64,000 bases of DNA from Eledone cirrhosa (GCA_964016885.1 OZ024755.1:33170001-33234000), one strand, 5' to 3'; counted from the stretch's first letter, positions 1 to 11,315 are shown. Translations and numbers: made by a program. Notes: a model not told the origin generated them from the letters alone.

Positions 1-560
1 CCACCTTGCTGTAGCTTTTAATTGTGTTTATTATTGGGGCTATCTTTTCTACGGATTGCATTGTACAATGTTTTGGCTACTACATCATGCCTCATAGGTA
101 GATAGTACTGCGATAACATTTTTGGACAGCTGCTTACGACATGGGTGACATCTTCGATGTTAATTCTGAAGAGTCGCACTTGTTATCACATCTAGGTGTT
201 TTGCCTGCATCCCTATCTCTTTTGTGAATCAGGTATTTCGTGTTAATCTCCTGTTCTTGGATTGCAAAAACATATCGTTCAAAGTGGGAGCCAATATAGC
301 GGTTGTTGGTCCAAGATAGACTACTTTGCTTATCTATATTACTCTCACTCTGGAGCTTCCTGGCAACATATCCAAGCATGAAATTTTGCTGATAAGCATG
401 CAGTTTTTCATCCATAGATTCACTGCGGGCAACTTCCCTGATGTGAGTTTTTGATTATCACACAGGGAATATCTTTCAAGGAGTTCCTTCCCAACTCTCC
501 TGATCTTATCTGTCTCATGCAGTTAGACTTGCTCAATAAATGGGCTCTTACTTTTGGAGG
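1..560 (-). pseudogene. R4/Dong-like (REL-endonuclease) non-LTR retrotransposon ORF fragment, zinc-knuckle region
   Basis: ORF 134-415 (KLHAY..IDKQSSLSW..FAIQEQEINTK) continues after a 1-nt frameshift as KC(R)LFRINIEDVTHVVSSCPKMLSQYYLPMRHDVVAKTLYN: a decayed CCHC knuckle followed by the RHD motif. Confidence 0.75.
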
Positions 561-696
561 TATGTGTGTATGTATGTGTGTGTGTGTGTATATGTGCGTG
601 CATCTATGTATGCATGCATATATATATATCAACTAGAAATTGATTGATATATATATATATATATATATATATCAACTAGAAATTGATTGATATATA

Positions 697-972
697 TATA
701 AAATAAACATATGAAACAATCACAGGGAATAATTTGTAAAGTGTGTAAGCACACATAGTTAGGTAGGTTACTAATTAAAGTTTAACTAGAACTTCAAATA
801 TAGATACCTTGATGGTGAAATATATTTCTTTATTAAATGAAATATATACAAAGGAGATTAATCATTTTAATTATATTTGAAGTTCTAGTTAAACTAACTT
901 TAATTGGTTACCTTCCTAGCTGTGTGTGATTACACACTTTACAAATTATTCCCTGTGATTGTTTCATATGTT

Positions 973-980
<8 letters not shown>
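697..980. repeat. Foldback inverted repeat embedded in (TA)n
   Basis: About 105-bp arms (aaataaacatatgaaacaatcacaggg... / ...ccctgtgattgtttcatatgtttatttt) with a ~70-bp spacer. Confidence 0.85.
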
Positions 981-1011
<31 letters not shown>

Positions 1012-1061
1012 AGTATGTATGTATACGTACATACATATATGTATACAGACGTACAGTAGCA

Positions 1062-1110
<49 letters not shown>

Positions 1111-1266
1111 GCATACAGGTACACATACATATATGCACGCATCAGTTTATATGCATGCTACTGTACGTCTGTATACATATATGTATGTACGTATACATAC
1201 ATGCTTACATTTAAGTAAGTGCCATACTAAGAGTGAGAAATGAAATTTCGTTTTCATTTTTTTCAA

Positions 1267-1336
<70 letters not shown>

Positions 1337-1510
1337 AATCGATTTCTAGTTGATATAAATGCTCGGATCTATTCATTGGAATCTTTGAGCATATTCTACA
1401 GTGGATATGGCGCATGTCTCTCATACATGACACCCTTAATTTTATTTTGTATATATATATATATAGATATATAATATATAAGATCAAAAGATGGTTAAAA
1501 GAGTTCCATG

Positions 1511-1581
1511 TATTTTATTATGCGCATTTCAAAAACAAATATCATCATGCAATAACATTTGTGTTTTCATCAGATAAAATA
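1511..1581 (-). ncRNA. Minimal type-I hammerhead ribozyme (F1)
   Basis: Reverse complement of 1701-1771. Confidence 0.75.
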
Positions 1582-1700
1582 GGAAGACATGATATGAAGG
1601 TTAAAAAACACTTGTGAATAGTGCAGTTGATTTAAATAGTGCAGTTGATTTAAAACTGCACTATTCACAAGTGTTTTTTAACCTTCATATCATGTCTTCC

Positions 1701-1771
1701 TATTTTATCTGATGAAAACACAAATGTTATTGCATGATGATATTTGTTTTTGAAATGCGCATAATAAAATA
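1701..1771 (+). ncRNA. Minimal type-I hammerhead ribozyme (F1)
   Basis: tattttat-CTGATGA-[stem II aaacacaaatgttatt/gatgatatttgttttt]-GAAA-tgcgca-TA-ataaaata. Confidence 0.8.
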
Positions 1772-1914
1772 CATGGAACTCTTTTAACCATCTTTTGATC
1801 TTATATATTATGTATACTCTAGTCCTACAAACTTCTTATCCGATATCTGCATTGCTTTATTGTACTACAATAAAACTCACCTCCTACATTATATATATAT
1901 ATTATATATATATA

Positions 1915-2462
1915 TATATAATAAATGAAGAATTAGAAATAAAAGCCAGGAATATCCGTCATCAGTGGTCTACTAGCCATCATAGGTATTTCTTCGCATT
2001 ACAGACCATATACCTCCAGGTAGGGCGATACAATAACTAAATTAAGTTATTGGGATAAAAAGAGTTGGGTGGAGAAAGAGAGACAGGTGAACAAACACGA
2101 ATGGTGAGGCAACGTAAAGAGAGGAAAAAATGAGAAAATCAAGTCAATAATTCATTTTGAACATAAGAACTTGCGAATATTGGTCGTGCGGATGTGAGCG
2201 AGGAATCTTGTACGGTGTGGGACGATGGAGGAAGTGAGAGAGAGGGTGACTAGCAGAGGGGGTGAGTGAAAGTAAGAGGGAGAAGGAGAGAGAAAGAGGA
2301 TAGCAGTAAGGGAAGAGAAAAAGACAGGTCACAGCGAAGGGGAAAGCATATATGAATGAAAAATGGCGAGCTGTGTTGTTGCAAATATGATATATATAAT
2401 AAATGAAGAATTAGAAAAAGAAGCCAGGAATATCCGTCATCAGTGGTCAACTAACCATCATA
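1915..2462. repeat. Unclassified element bounded by ~70-bp direct repeats
   Basis: ataataaatgaagaattagaaa..aagccaggaatatccgtcatcagtggtc at ~1915-1983 and ~2393-2462. Confidence 0.55.
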
Positions 2463-2689
2463 TGAGGGTACACTTAAAACATAGTGGGTATGTGGGTACA
2501 CTTAAAACATAGTGGGTATGTGGGTACACTTAAAACATAGTGGGTATGTAAGGACAAGGGAGAGTATAACTGAAATCAAATAATATAAAAAAATGTTGAT
2601 GAACAGATGAGGGAGTAAAGGGGGAAAAGGAGTGTATAAGTCGTGGTAGAGAGTAAGTGTTTGTGAAGAGATCTGGAAGGTGGTGGGTG

Positions 2690-2965
2690 TCATCATCATC
2701 ATCATCATCACCGTTTTACGTCCGTTCTTCCACGCTAGCATGGGTTAGATGGGTTGTCCTGTTGTGGGCAGTGTCTGGTCGGCTGACCATGCCTTGCTCA
2801 TACGGGAACTGATTCTGGCTTGATTTCTACAGCTGGATGCCCTTCCTAACACCAACCTCATTCACAGTGAGTGCTGGGTGCTTTTTCGTGGCGCCTACAC
2901 GTCCACTTTACAGTGTGGGCTGGGTGCTTTTTTGCCATGATAATTCCACGACCACCTTGCAGTGG
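2690..2965 (-). mobile_element. Non-autonomous RTE-tailed element carrying the 48-bp unit; relatives at ~18360-18620, 27861-28130, 29700-29870, 44960-45600
   Basis: 3' end ccatgctagcgtggaagaacggacgtaaaacgg(tga)n plus the aggaagggcatccagc motif. Confidence 0.6.
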
Positions 2966-3457
2966 GAGGGTGTGGGGGCTTATTGTCTATATGATTCAGC
3001 TTGTACCCATGGGAGGTCGGGTACTCTGTATTACTGCGTGACGCCAGAAGTCACGGTCGTGTGTCATTGCCTTTGGGAGGTGTAATTGGGTAAGGTCGGC
3101 TTTTGTGTATGTGTTAAAGGTGTTGGGAGGTGTAATTGGGTAAGGTCGGCTTTTGTGTATGTGTTAAAGGTATGGTAGAAAATAGGGGGAGGGGGGTTAT
3201 AAGTCAAATGAAAAAAATATAAAGATGAGGGAGAAAAAAATGTATATATTGGTAGAAAGTATGTGTGTTCATAAGATGATGATATTGGTAGTGAGTGGAA
3301 GGCGTGATATGTAAAGCGGAAGCTCAGGGTGGTTGAGTAATCGTTGGTATGTTAATCCAGCTAAAAAGTAGATGCAATTTCAGGTGCGGACAACATCTAA
3401 AGATCTCGGTCTTAGAGTTGAGGCAAGTGGGAGGGGTTTTCAAGTTTTGGAGAATTT

Positions 3458-3744
3458 GGAACTGATTCTGGCTTGATTTCTACAGCTGGATGCCCTTCCT
3501 AACACCAATCTCATTTACAGTGTGGGCTGGGTGCTTTTTTTTTCCGTGGCGCCTACACGTCCACTTTACAGTGGAATGATATGGACCCCAGTCCCTATCA
3601 TCTCATTTCTACAGCTGAGTAACCTGGAGCAATGTGAAATAAAGTGTCTTGCTCAAGGAAAGAACACATCACCTGGTCTGAGAATTGAACTCACAATCTT
3701 TCGATTGCAAAGCCAATGCTCTAACCACTAAGCCATGTGCCTCC
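3458..3744 (-). mobile_element. SINE family A (tRNA head, CORE-like body), 3'-truncated
   Basis: Matches 8780-9099. Confidence 0.85.
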
Positions 3745-3799
3745 TATCACTAGTAATCATATTTCTGACTGTATATCTAAGTTTCTTTTCACTTTTTCT

Positions 3800-4275
3800 A
3801 AAATGTTTCTCTAGTGTTTATGTTGTTAATTTCGGCAAACCTCTGAATCCCTATTTCTTGCTATAATACGGCCTACTAACCCTGCTTTATGAATATAACC
3901 CATTGTACAGATTTAATTGTTTCTACTTTTGGCACAAGGCCAGCAATTATCCAGTGCATTACTGGTACTTTATTTTATCGACCCCGTAAGGATGAAAGGC
4001 AAAGTTAACCTCGGCGGGATTTGAACTCAAACCATAAAGGGGCGTAACTCTTTGCTGCAAAGCATAGCGTCAGACCCTCTACCGATACTGCCAATTGAGG
4101 ATGCATTTATCCATTTCATTGAGTTCCTTTTTCATCCATTGAAGATAGGCAAAGGCATCACAGAAAATTTCAATATTGGTATTGCCTAGGTTTTCAATCC
4201 CTTAATAATGTCTATTTCATTTAGTTTGGTTTTGAAGATCTCCCTAACTTCCTTTTATATTGTTATCCAATGTAT
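3800..4275 (-). pseudogene. R4/Dong-like RT C-terminal fragment, interrupted by a SINE B copy
   Basis: Decayed translation EIFKTKLNEIDIIKGLKT*AIPILKFS..W MKKELNEMDK..RVSRPYYSKK*GFRGL resembles KLNxxNxIKAINTWAIP..RLYxxRxxGGRGL. Confidence 0.6.
3915..4097 (-). mobile_element. SINE family B (tRNA head, Meta/MESC-like body, (ATT)n tail)
   Basis: A box tggcagtatcggtaga, B box gagttcaaatcc, body gccgaggttaactttgcctttcatccttacggggtcgataaaataaagtaccag. Confidence 0.85.
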
Positions 4276-4513
4276 ATATATATAGAGAGAGAGAGAAAGA
4301 GAGCAGATCTCCTGTTTCCCATCATTAACTTCAGCATTCTATCTGATCTTGATAAAGAGATATATCTGCTCAGCTATTAACCCTGTCAATAATTTGTACA
4401 CCAGCAGTAAACATTTACATTTGTAGTTGCTTAGTTCACTCTCTTTTGTTTTGTCTTTCTGTATAAGGCCAGTCATCATTTTTGTTATCTATGGTGATTC
4501 ATGCTCTCAGCAT

Positions 4514-6650
4514 GTGGACCTTTTGGGAGAATTGTTTTATGTTTGGATACCCTTCCTGGTACAATATATTTTAGTCACTTCTTACAACAGACATAGTGGA
4601 CCTTTTGGGAGAATTGTTTTATGTTTGGATACCCTTCCTGGTACAATATATTTTAGTCACTTCTTACAACAGACTGAGTGGACCTTTTGGGAGAATTGTT
4701 TTATGCTTGGATACCCTTCCTGGTACAATATATTTTAGTCACTTCTTACAACAGACTGAGTGGACCTTTTGAGGGACATTGTTTTATGCTTGGATGCCCT
4801 TCCTGGTACAATATATTTTAGTCACTTCTTACAACAGACTGAGTGGACCTTTTGGGAGAATTGTTTTATGCTTGGATGCCCTTCCTGGTACAATATATTT
4901 TAGTCACTTCTTACAACAGACTGAGTGGACCTTTTGGGAGAATTGTTTTATGCTTGGATACCCTTCCTGGTACAATATATTTTAGTCACTTCTTACAACA
5001 GACTGAGTGGACCTTTTGAGGGACATTGTTTTATGCTTGGATGCCCTTCCTGGTACAATATATTTTAGTCACTTCTTACAACAGACTGAGTGGACCTTTT
5101 GGGGGAATTGTTTTATGTTTGGATGCCCTTCCTGGTACAATATATTTTAGTCACTTCTTACAACAGACTGAGTGGACCTTTTGGGAGAATTGTTTTATGC
5201 TTGGATGCCCTTCCTGGTACAATATATTTTAGTCACTTCTTACAACAGACTGAGTGGACCTTTTGGGAGAATTGTTTTATGCTTGGATACCCTTCCTGGT
5301 ACAATATATTTTAGTCACTTCTTACAACAGACTGAGTGGACCTTTTGGGAGAATTGTTTTATGCTTGGATGCCCTTCCTGGTACAATATATTTTAGTCAC
5401 TTCTTACAACAGACTGAGTGGACCTTTTAGGAGAATTGTTTTATGCTTGGATACCCTTCCTGGTACAATATATTTTAGTCACTTCTTACAACAGACTGAG
5501 TGGACCTTTTGGGAGAATTGTTTTATGCTTGGATACCCTTCCTGGTACAATATATTTTAGTCACTTCTTACAACAGACTGAGTGGACCTTTTGAGGGACA
5601 TTGTTTTATGCTTGGATGCCCTTCCTGGTACAATATATTTTAGTCACTTCTTACAACAGACAGAGTGGACCTTTTGGGAGAATTGTTTTATGCTTGGATA
5701 CCCTTCCTGGTACAATATATATTTAGTCACTTCTTACAACAGACAGAGTGGACCTTTTGAGGGGCATTGTTTTATGCTTGGATGCCCTTCCTGGTACAAT
5801 ATATTTTAGTCACTTCTTACAACAGACAGAGTGGACCTTTTGAGGGGCATTGTTTTATGCTTGGATGCCCTTCCTGGTACAATATATTTTAGTCACTTCT
5901 TACAACAGACAGAGTGGACCTTTTGGGGGAATTGTTTTATGTTTGGATGCCCTTCCTGGTACAATATATTTTAGTCACTTCTTACAACAGACAGAGTGGA
6001 CCTTTTGGGAGAATTGTTTTATGCTTGGATACCCTTCCTGGTACAATATATTTTAGTCACTTCTTACAACAGACAGAGTGGACCTTTTGGGGGAATTGTT
6101 TTATGTTTGGATGCCCTTCCTGGTACAATATATTTTAGTCACTTCTTACAACAGACATAGTGGACCTTTTGGGGGAATTGTTTTATGTTTGGATGCCCTT
6201 CCTGGTACAATATATTTTAGTCACTTCTTACAACAGACATAGTGGACCTTTTGGTGGAATTGTTTTATGTTTGGATGCCCTTCCTGGTACAATATATTTT
6301 AGTCACTTCTTACAACAGACAGAGTGGACCTTTTGGGAGAATTGTTTTATGTTTGGATGCCCTTCCTGGTACAATATATTTTAGTAACTTCTTACAACAG
6401 ACATAGTGGACCTTTTGGGGGAATTGTTTTATGTTTGGATGCCCTTCCTGGTACAATATATTTTAGTCACTTCTTACAACAGACAGAGTGGACCTTTTGG
6501 GGGAATTGTTTTATGTTTGGATGCCCTTCCTGGTACAATATATTTTAGTCACTTCTTACAACAGACATAGTGGACCTTTTGAGGGGCATTGTTTTATGCT
6601 TGGATGCCCTTCCTGGTACAATATATTTCAGTCACTTCTTACAAAAGACA
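4514..6650. repeat. 82-bp tandem array, about 26 copies
   Basis: Unit gtggaccttttgggagaattgttttatgcttggatgcccttcctggtacaatatattttagtcacttcttacaacagactga. Confidence 0.95.
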
Positions 6651-6659
6651 GACACGCTG

Positions 6660-7160
6660 TCCATGAAAGAAGCTAGGAAATGAGTGGTGTGCTAATGAGG
6701 ATGAAAGGGTTATTAAAACTGGAGAGGAAAGTGTATGTTGCCTGTGTGAGAATTGTCAAGATTTACAGGAGCGAGACATGGGTGATGGACATGGAGCAAT
6801 AGAGATGAGAATTGTCATGATTTACAGGAGCGTGACAATAGAGATGGCTAAAGAGAACAAAGATGGAAATTGTGTGGTAGATGAGTGGAGTATTGCTGAA
6901 AGAGAGGAAGACAAACAATGAAGATGGTAGTAGAGCCAATGATGAATGTTGTGAGGAGAAATAGAATGAGATGGTTGATGATTTGAGGAAGGATGAAAGT
7001 GACTGAGAGAAGAGTGATGGAAGTGAATATAGAAGGAAGTAGAGGAACAGTAAGACCAAGAAAGCCATGGCTAAAAATGTTGGAGGAGGAAATGAAAGTC
7101 AGCAGGATGGTGAGCATGGATGTAGATAAGGAAAAATAGAGAAGCTTGTCATGGGGCCCC
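6660..7160 (+). pseudogene. Decayed RTE LINE RT C-terminus
   Basis: VVEPMMNVVRRNRMRW..RVMEVNIEGSRGTVRPRKPW, with stops and frameshifts. Confidence 0.65.
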
Positions 7161-7205
7161 TTGTGTAAAGGAAATGACAGCCTCCCTAGTGTTGATGATC
7201 TATAT

Positions 7206-7405
7206 CAGACATGTCAAACATGAGGCCATTTACAAGCACTCCTGTGGCCCGCAAAAAGAATTTTACAATGCGAGCATGCTTATCTTCGAAATAAAAAATT
7301 TTAAAAATGAGTTGTAATGTGCGCAATTAGTTGTCATGTGTGACCCTCAGACAACACATATGTGGCTCATGTGGCCCCTAGGGGACCCTCAGTTTGACAT
7401 GCCTG
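7206..7405. mobile_element. hAT-type MITE
   Basis: TIRs cagacatgtcaaac / gtttgacatgcctg; 8-bp TSD atctatat/gtctatat. Confidence 0.8.
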
Positions 7406-7750
7406 GTCTATATGATAAATGAACCTAGTACATGTAAAGTGGTTTGTGTCAGGAAGGGCATCTAGCCATAGAAAGCTTTCCAAACAAAGAGATGGAAGGA
7501 CCCTTCAGTTATGTCAAAGACATGACAACCTCTCCTGTGCTGGTGCAGATCCTTGGCCTGTCTGTGAGGGCAGTAGCCCCACTTCAGTACTGACTTGGTC
7601 TAGGAAGACTCTTGCAACTTTTACTAGCAGAGGAAGCAGATCTTAAGTGATGACGATGATATATCTATCTATCTATATATCTATATATCTATATATATAA
7701 AATAAAATAAAATAAATAAGTCAGATGTTTAAAATTTAGCTTCGTTTATT

Positions 7751-7805
7751 ACTGCTATATATATTTTGGTGACAGCCATCTTTGGCTGTGACCTCTTCAG
7801 GCAGT
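7751..7805 (-). ncRNA. Hammerhead ribozyme copy with a core mutation (F2)
   Basis: Mirror of 7988-8042, but GAAA reads AAAA. Confidence 0.55.
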
Positions 7806-7987
7806 CCGAATTAGTGTGGTATAGACAAGTACATATGTTGTTGAGGTGTATAATTTTGTCAATACTCTGATATGTCCAGTTCCTGGCTAGGTTGTTATTT
7901 CACTGAGGAACTGGAATCATATGATTCCTATTGACAAAATTATACACCTCAACAACATATGTACTTGTCTATACCACACTAATTCGG

Positions 7988-8042
7988 ACTGCCTGAAGAG
8001 GTCACAGTCAAAGATGGCTGTCACTGAAATATATATAGCAGT
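7988..8042 (+). ncRNA. Minimal type-I hammerhead ribozyme (F2)
   Basis: actgc-CTGAAGA-ggtcacagtca(aaga)tggctgtcact-GAAA-tatata-TA-gcagt. Confidence 0.8.
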
Positions 8043-8390
8043 AATAAACGAAGCTAAATTTTAAACATTTGACTTATTTATTTAACTTTATTTTACACTA
8101 CTCCGGAGTAACCAAACCAACCTGCGCACTTCGTCGAGTGCTCCAGCCTGCATACTGAGGTGTTGGTATACAACCAACATATACTCAAAATCTATCTATA
8201 TATATATATAGATATATATATACACATGCATATATATATATATATACGTTTAAATTTGGTGGTTTACCACTGGGTAGAATTGGTCATTCTGCAATGTTAA
8301 TCATGACGTAATATGAGAAAAGCACTCAACGTTATGCAACTCATCCATCTTTGATGTTGAATCATGGTGGTGGTGCGGGAATGGAGTAAA

Positions 8391-9704
8391 TCTACTATAT
8401 AAATGGCAATTTCTGTCTGTGTATAACCATTGGCGCCTACACCAGTGATCTGATCCGGATGAAACTTTACACACATGTTAAGCTAATATTCAGACACAGG
8501 ATTGGCTAATTGGATTTCAATAAAAATCAACAATGGAACCCATGGAGACATCTTTACAATGGTGGAGGAAAGAGAAGATGTTTCAATGAGAGAGGGGGAA
8601 GAAGAGATACGACAGTATGTTAAACCCTGCCTCCCACTACTCCCCTTCCTCCTCCCACAACTCAGTCCTCCAAAACGAGGCAACAACTTATTAGAAATAT
8701 ACATAAAGAAACTTCAAACAAAGCAGACGACAATCTAATTTTGGTTGTTGACTGAACAGATGTCTCTGTGTATATATATGGAGGCACATGGCTTAGTGGT
8801 TAGAGCATTGGCCTTGCAATCGAAAGGTTGCGAGTTCAATTCTCAGACCGGGTGATGTGTTGTTTCCTTGAGCAAGACACTTTATTTCACATTGCTCCAG
8901 TTTACTCAGCTGTAGAAATGAGATGATAGGGACTGGGATCCCTATTATTCCACTGCAAAAAAGCACCCAGCCGACACTGTAAATGAGGTTGGTGTTAGGA
9001 AGGGCATCTAGCTGTAGAAATCAAGCCAGAATCAGTTCCCATCCCACCCTTGCAAGCAGGGAAAAGCGGACGTAAAATGATGATGATGATGATGATGATT
9101 GATTCTGAACACGTGCACACGCTTAGGTCACATTAAGGTTAACTTCAGGAATAGGAGACAAGTTTTAAAAAATTGTGATGATCAATGACCTGGAAGTTGG
9201 CTTACCATGAGATTACTCCGAAGAATAAAACGAATATCGTATGTTGACAAATATTCATACTCCCGGTATGTTAATTGTAGCATGCCGTCTTGAGAGTAGA
9301 GTTTATTTTGTCGATATTTCGAGGTATCGGATCGTGGGACAATTAAGATGAATTAAGAAGATGTAACTTCTCCCCTATTATTGACACTTTGCAACAGTGA
9401 ATGTCACGAAGCTCTCTTTGTGGGCCAACACTTCTGATTGTTTATCCGATTTATTATGATGTGTTTTCTCAGGTTATGTCTACTATAGGGGGAAATGGGA
9501 TGGTTTTATTGAATTACTTTAGCCATTTGAAGCGCTTTACAAACAATGATATACAGGCTGCTTGAACACAAAAAATTGATCTGCCATAAATACACCTAGC
9601 AAAGATTGCTATTGCAAATTCAGTATGGGCACCCATTTTCAGGCACACTCTGGGAACTGCGAATAACCCCACTTTTCCCGGGTATTACCAGGTACTGCAG
9701 CTAG
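8391..9704 (+). mobile_element. Non-autonomous Helitron with a nested SINE A
   Basis: 5' A|TCTACTATATAAA, 3' imperfect hairpin cccgggtattaccagg then CTAG|T; no TSD. Confidence 0.7.
8780..9099 (+). mobile_element. SINE family A, full length
   Basis: A box tggcttagtggttaga, B box gagttcaattc, CORE-like ccttgagcaagacacttt..cagtttactcagctgtagaaatg, RTE-like tail gcaagcagggaaaagcggacgtaaa(atg)n. Confidence 0.9.
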
Positions 9705-10429
9705 TGCATTATAAAGTGAAATGACAGGACGCCAAGTATATTGAATTTCCTTAATTATTTATTTCTGCAAACATTATGCACATTTCAGTGGCCAGGTTGC
9801 GTAAGAACCTGGTGACATCTTCAGGTGTAAATAAATTATATGAAAATCTCAAATTCGATAATATGTGAGGTAAAGCCTTTACCTTGAAAATACAATAGTA
9901 AATATGGAGTAATGCAATTGCTCAAGGGTTAAATGAAAGTTTTTATCTTCCCGTTCCTTGTTTCTCTTTAACATTATTCAACTTATCCTTTATATAAGAT
10001 ATATTAAAGGTAGCCAAAGTTGGTCATTAAATGTAGTAAAGGTGTTTATTTATCTAATATTAGCTACCTGCATTTAAACAAAATTACAAATCTGTATTTG
10101 TATTGATTTCAGTCATTCAACCATTTAATAGAATTATTCTTTATTGAATGGTATTTTTTTGTTTTATTTTATTTTATTTTAAAAAAAATATTGCTGGGAA
10201 TAAAGTATCAAATAAAACACAAATTGATCATATAGCAATGAAGTCATGGAAGAAAGCTTGTCAATCTGTTTACTTAAAAAGCCTGTTGAGTGCAAGTGTG
10301 AAAAAATTGAAGTCTATTTAACACCATTTCCTGAAATGAAATGTTACCTGAAAGGTTTGTTACCTGGTGTATCCAATTACCAGCCAATGGCAGTAAAAAC
10401 CTAAATATGCACTTAGAATAAGTGAAGCT

Positions 10430-10871
10430 ACCTGCTTGCACATTTATCAGGAAATTTATACAAAAAAAAAAACCTAATGTGCTGGGATAATATAGGGTGT
10501 CCCCCAAAAATGTATACACTCTTTGATTACCTGTACAGCACATTTACCAGGTAATTTATAGAAAAACTAATATGCTGGAGTAATAAAGGGTGTCCCCCCA
10601 AAATACATGCACACTGATTATCTGTACAGCACATTCATCCGGTAATTTATATAAAAACCATGCTGGGATAATACAGGCTGCCCCCCCAAAAAATGTATAC
10701 ACACTTTGATTACCTATACAGCACATTTATCAGATAATTTACATAAAAACTAATATGCTATGATAATGCAGGGAGTCCCCAAAAAATGTGTACACACTTT
10801 TATCACCTGTACAGGCAATATTTATTAGAATGCTGTTGAAGTGTGTATACATTTTTGGGGGACATCCTGTA
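10430..10871. mobile_element. Tc1/mariner-like MITE with its left end tandemly amplified (~90 bp, 4-5 copies)
   Basis: Repeated (ta)cagggtgtcccccaaaaatgtatacacactt and one right TIR aagtgtgtatacatttttggggggacatcctg|ta. Confidence 0.7.
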
Positions 10872-11004
10872 TTTTGTAGGCGATGATGGCAGCATGGAAC
10901 ACCTTAAATGAAAAATATCTGTTTATTGCTGCAGCGAACTGAGACCACAATTCAAACTCTACCAAAAAGGATCGTGGGTGGTGAAATTATTTGAAAATAT
11001 TTTG

Positions 11005-11205
11005 ACCTTTTAGCATTTAAACCAGCTATATCTGGCTAGAATTCTCTCTCCTCTTTCTGTTCAAACTGGCTGTAACCGGCTGCTCATACTGATGTTAAGG
11101 TATTCTTCTCAAAATAAATAAAATCAAAATCTCATCAATTCAATATTATGTGAGATAAAGCCTTTACCGTGAAAATATAATAGTATATATAGAGTAATGT
11201 AAATA
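11005..11205. mobile_element. piggyBac-like MITE copy, decayed
   Basis: Homologous to 50881-51101. Confidence 0.75.
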
Positions 11206-11315
11206 TTTACTTCTGCGTCTACAGATTGATTTTTTCAGTTTCAGAAGATCCCGATTCTTTGCTTGAACTTATAATAAATAAATATATATATATATACTCT
11301 TAGTCTTAGGTACTT

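Larger units (their letters stand above)
1471..1890. mobile_element. Penelope-like pLTR foldback element, family F1
   Basis: Arms 1471-1628 and 1654-1811 are reverse complements, each carrying a hammerhead; right-side tail to ~1890; flanked by (TA)n. Confidence 0.75.
7708..8190. mobile_element. Penelope-like pLTR foldback element, family F2
   Basis: About 155-bp arms (7708-7863, 7930-8083) each with a hammerhead; right tail to ~8190; TA-rich flanks. Confidence 0.75.

Noticed and set aside
4514-6650. Regular repeats resembling a CRISPR array (also the other arrays)
   Set aside because: No unique spacers, no cas genes, eukaryotic context
8780-8850. tRNA-like sequences
   Set aside because: SINE heads with A and B boxes but no complete cloverleaf
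10880-11000. AMMAAWNTLNEKYL, possible Tc1/mariner transposase C-terminus
   Set aside because: Too short and decayed to support without a search
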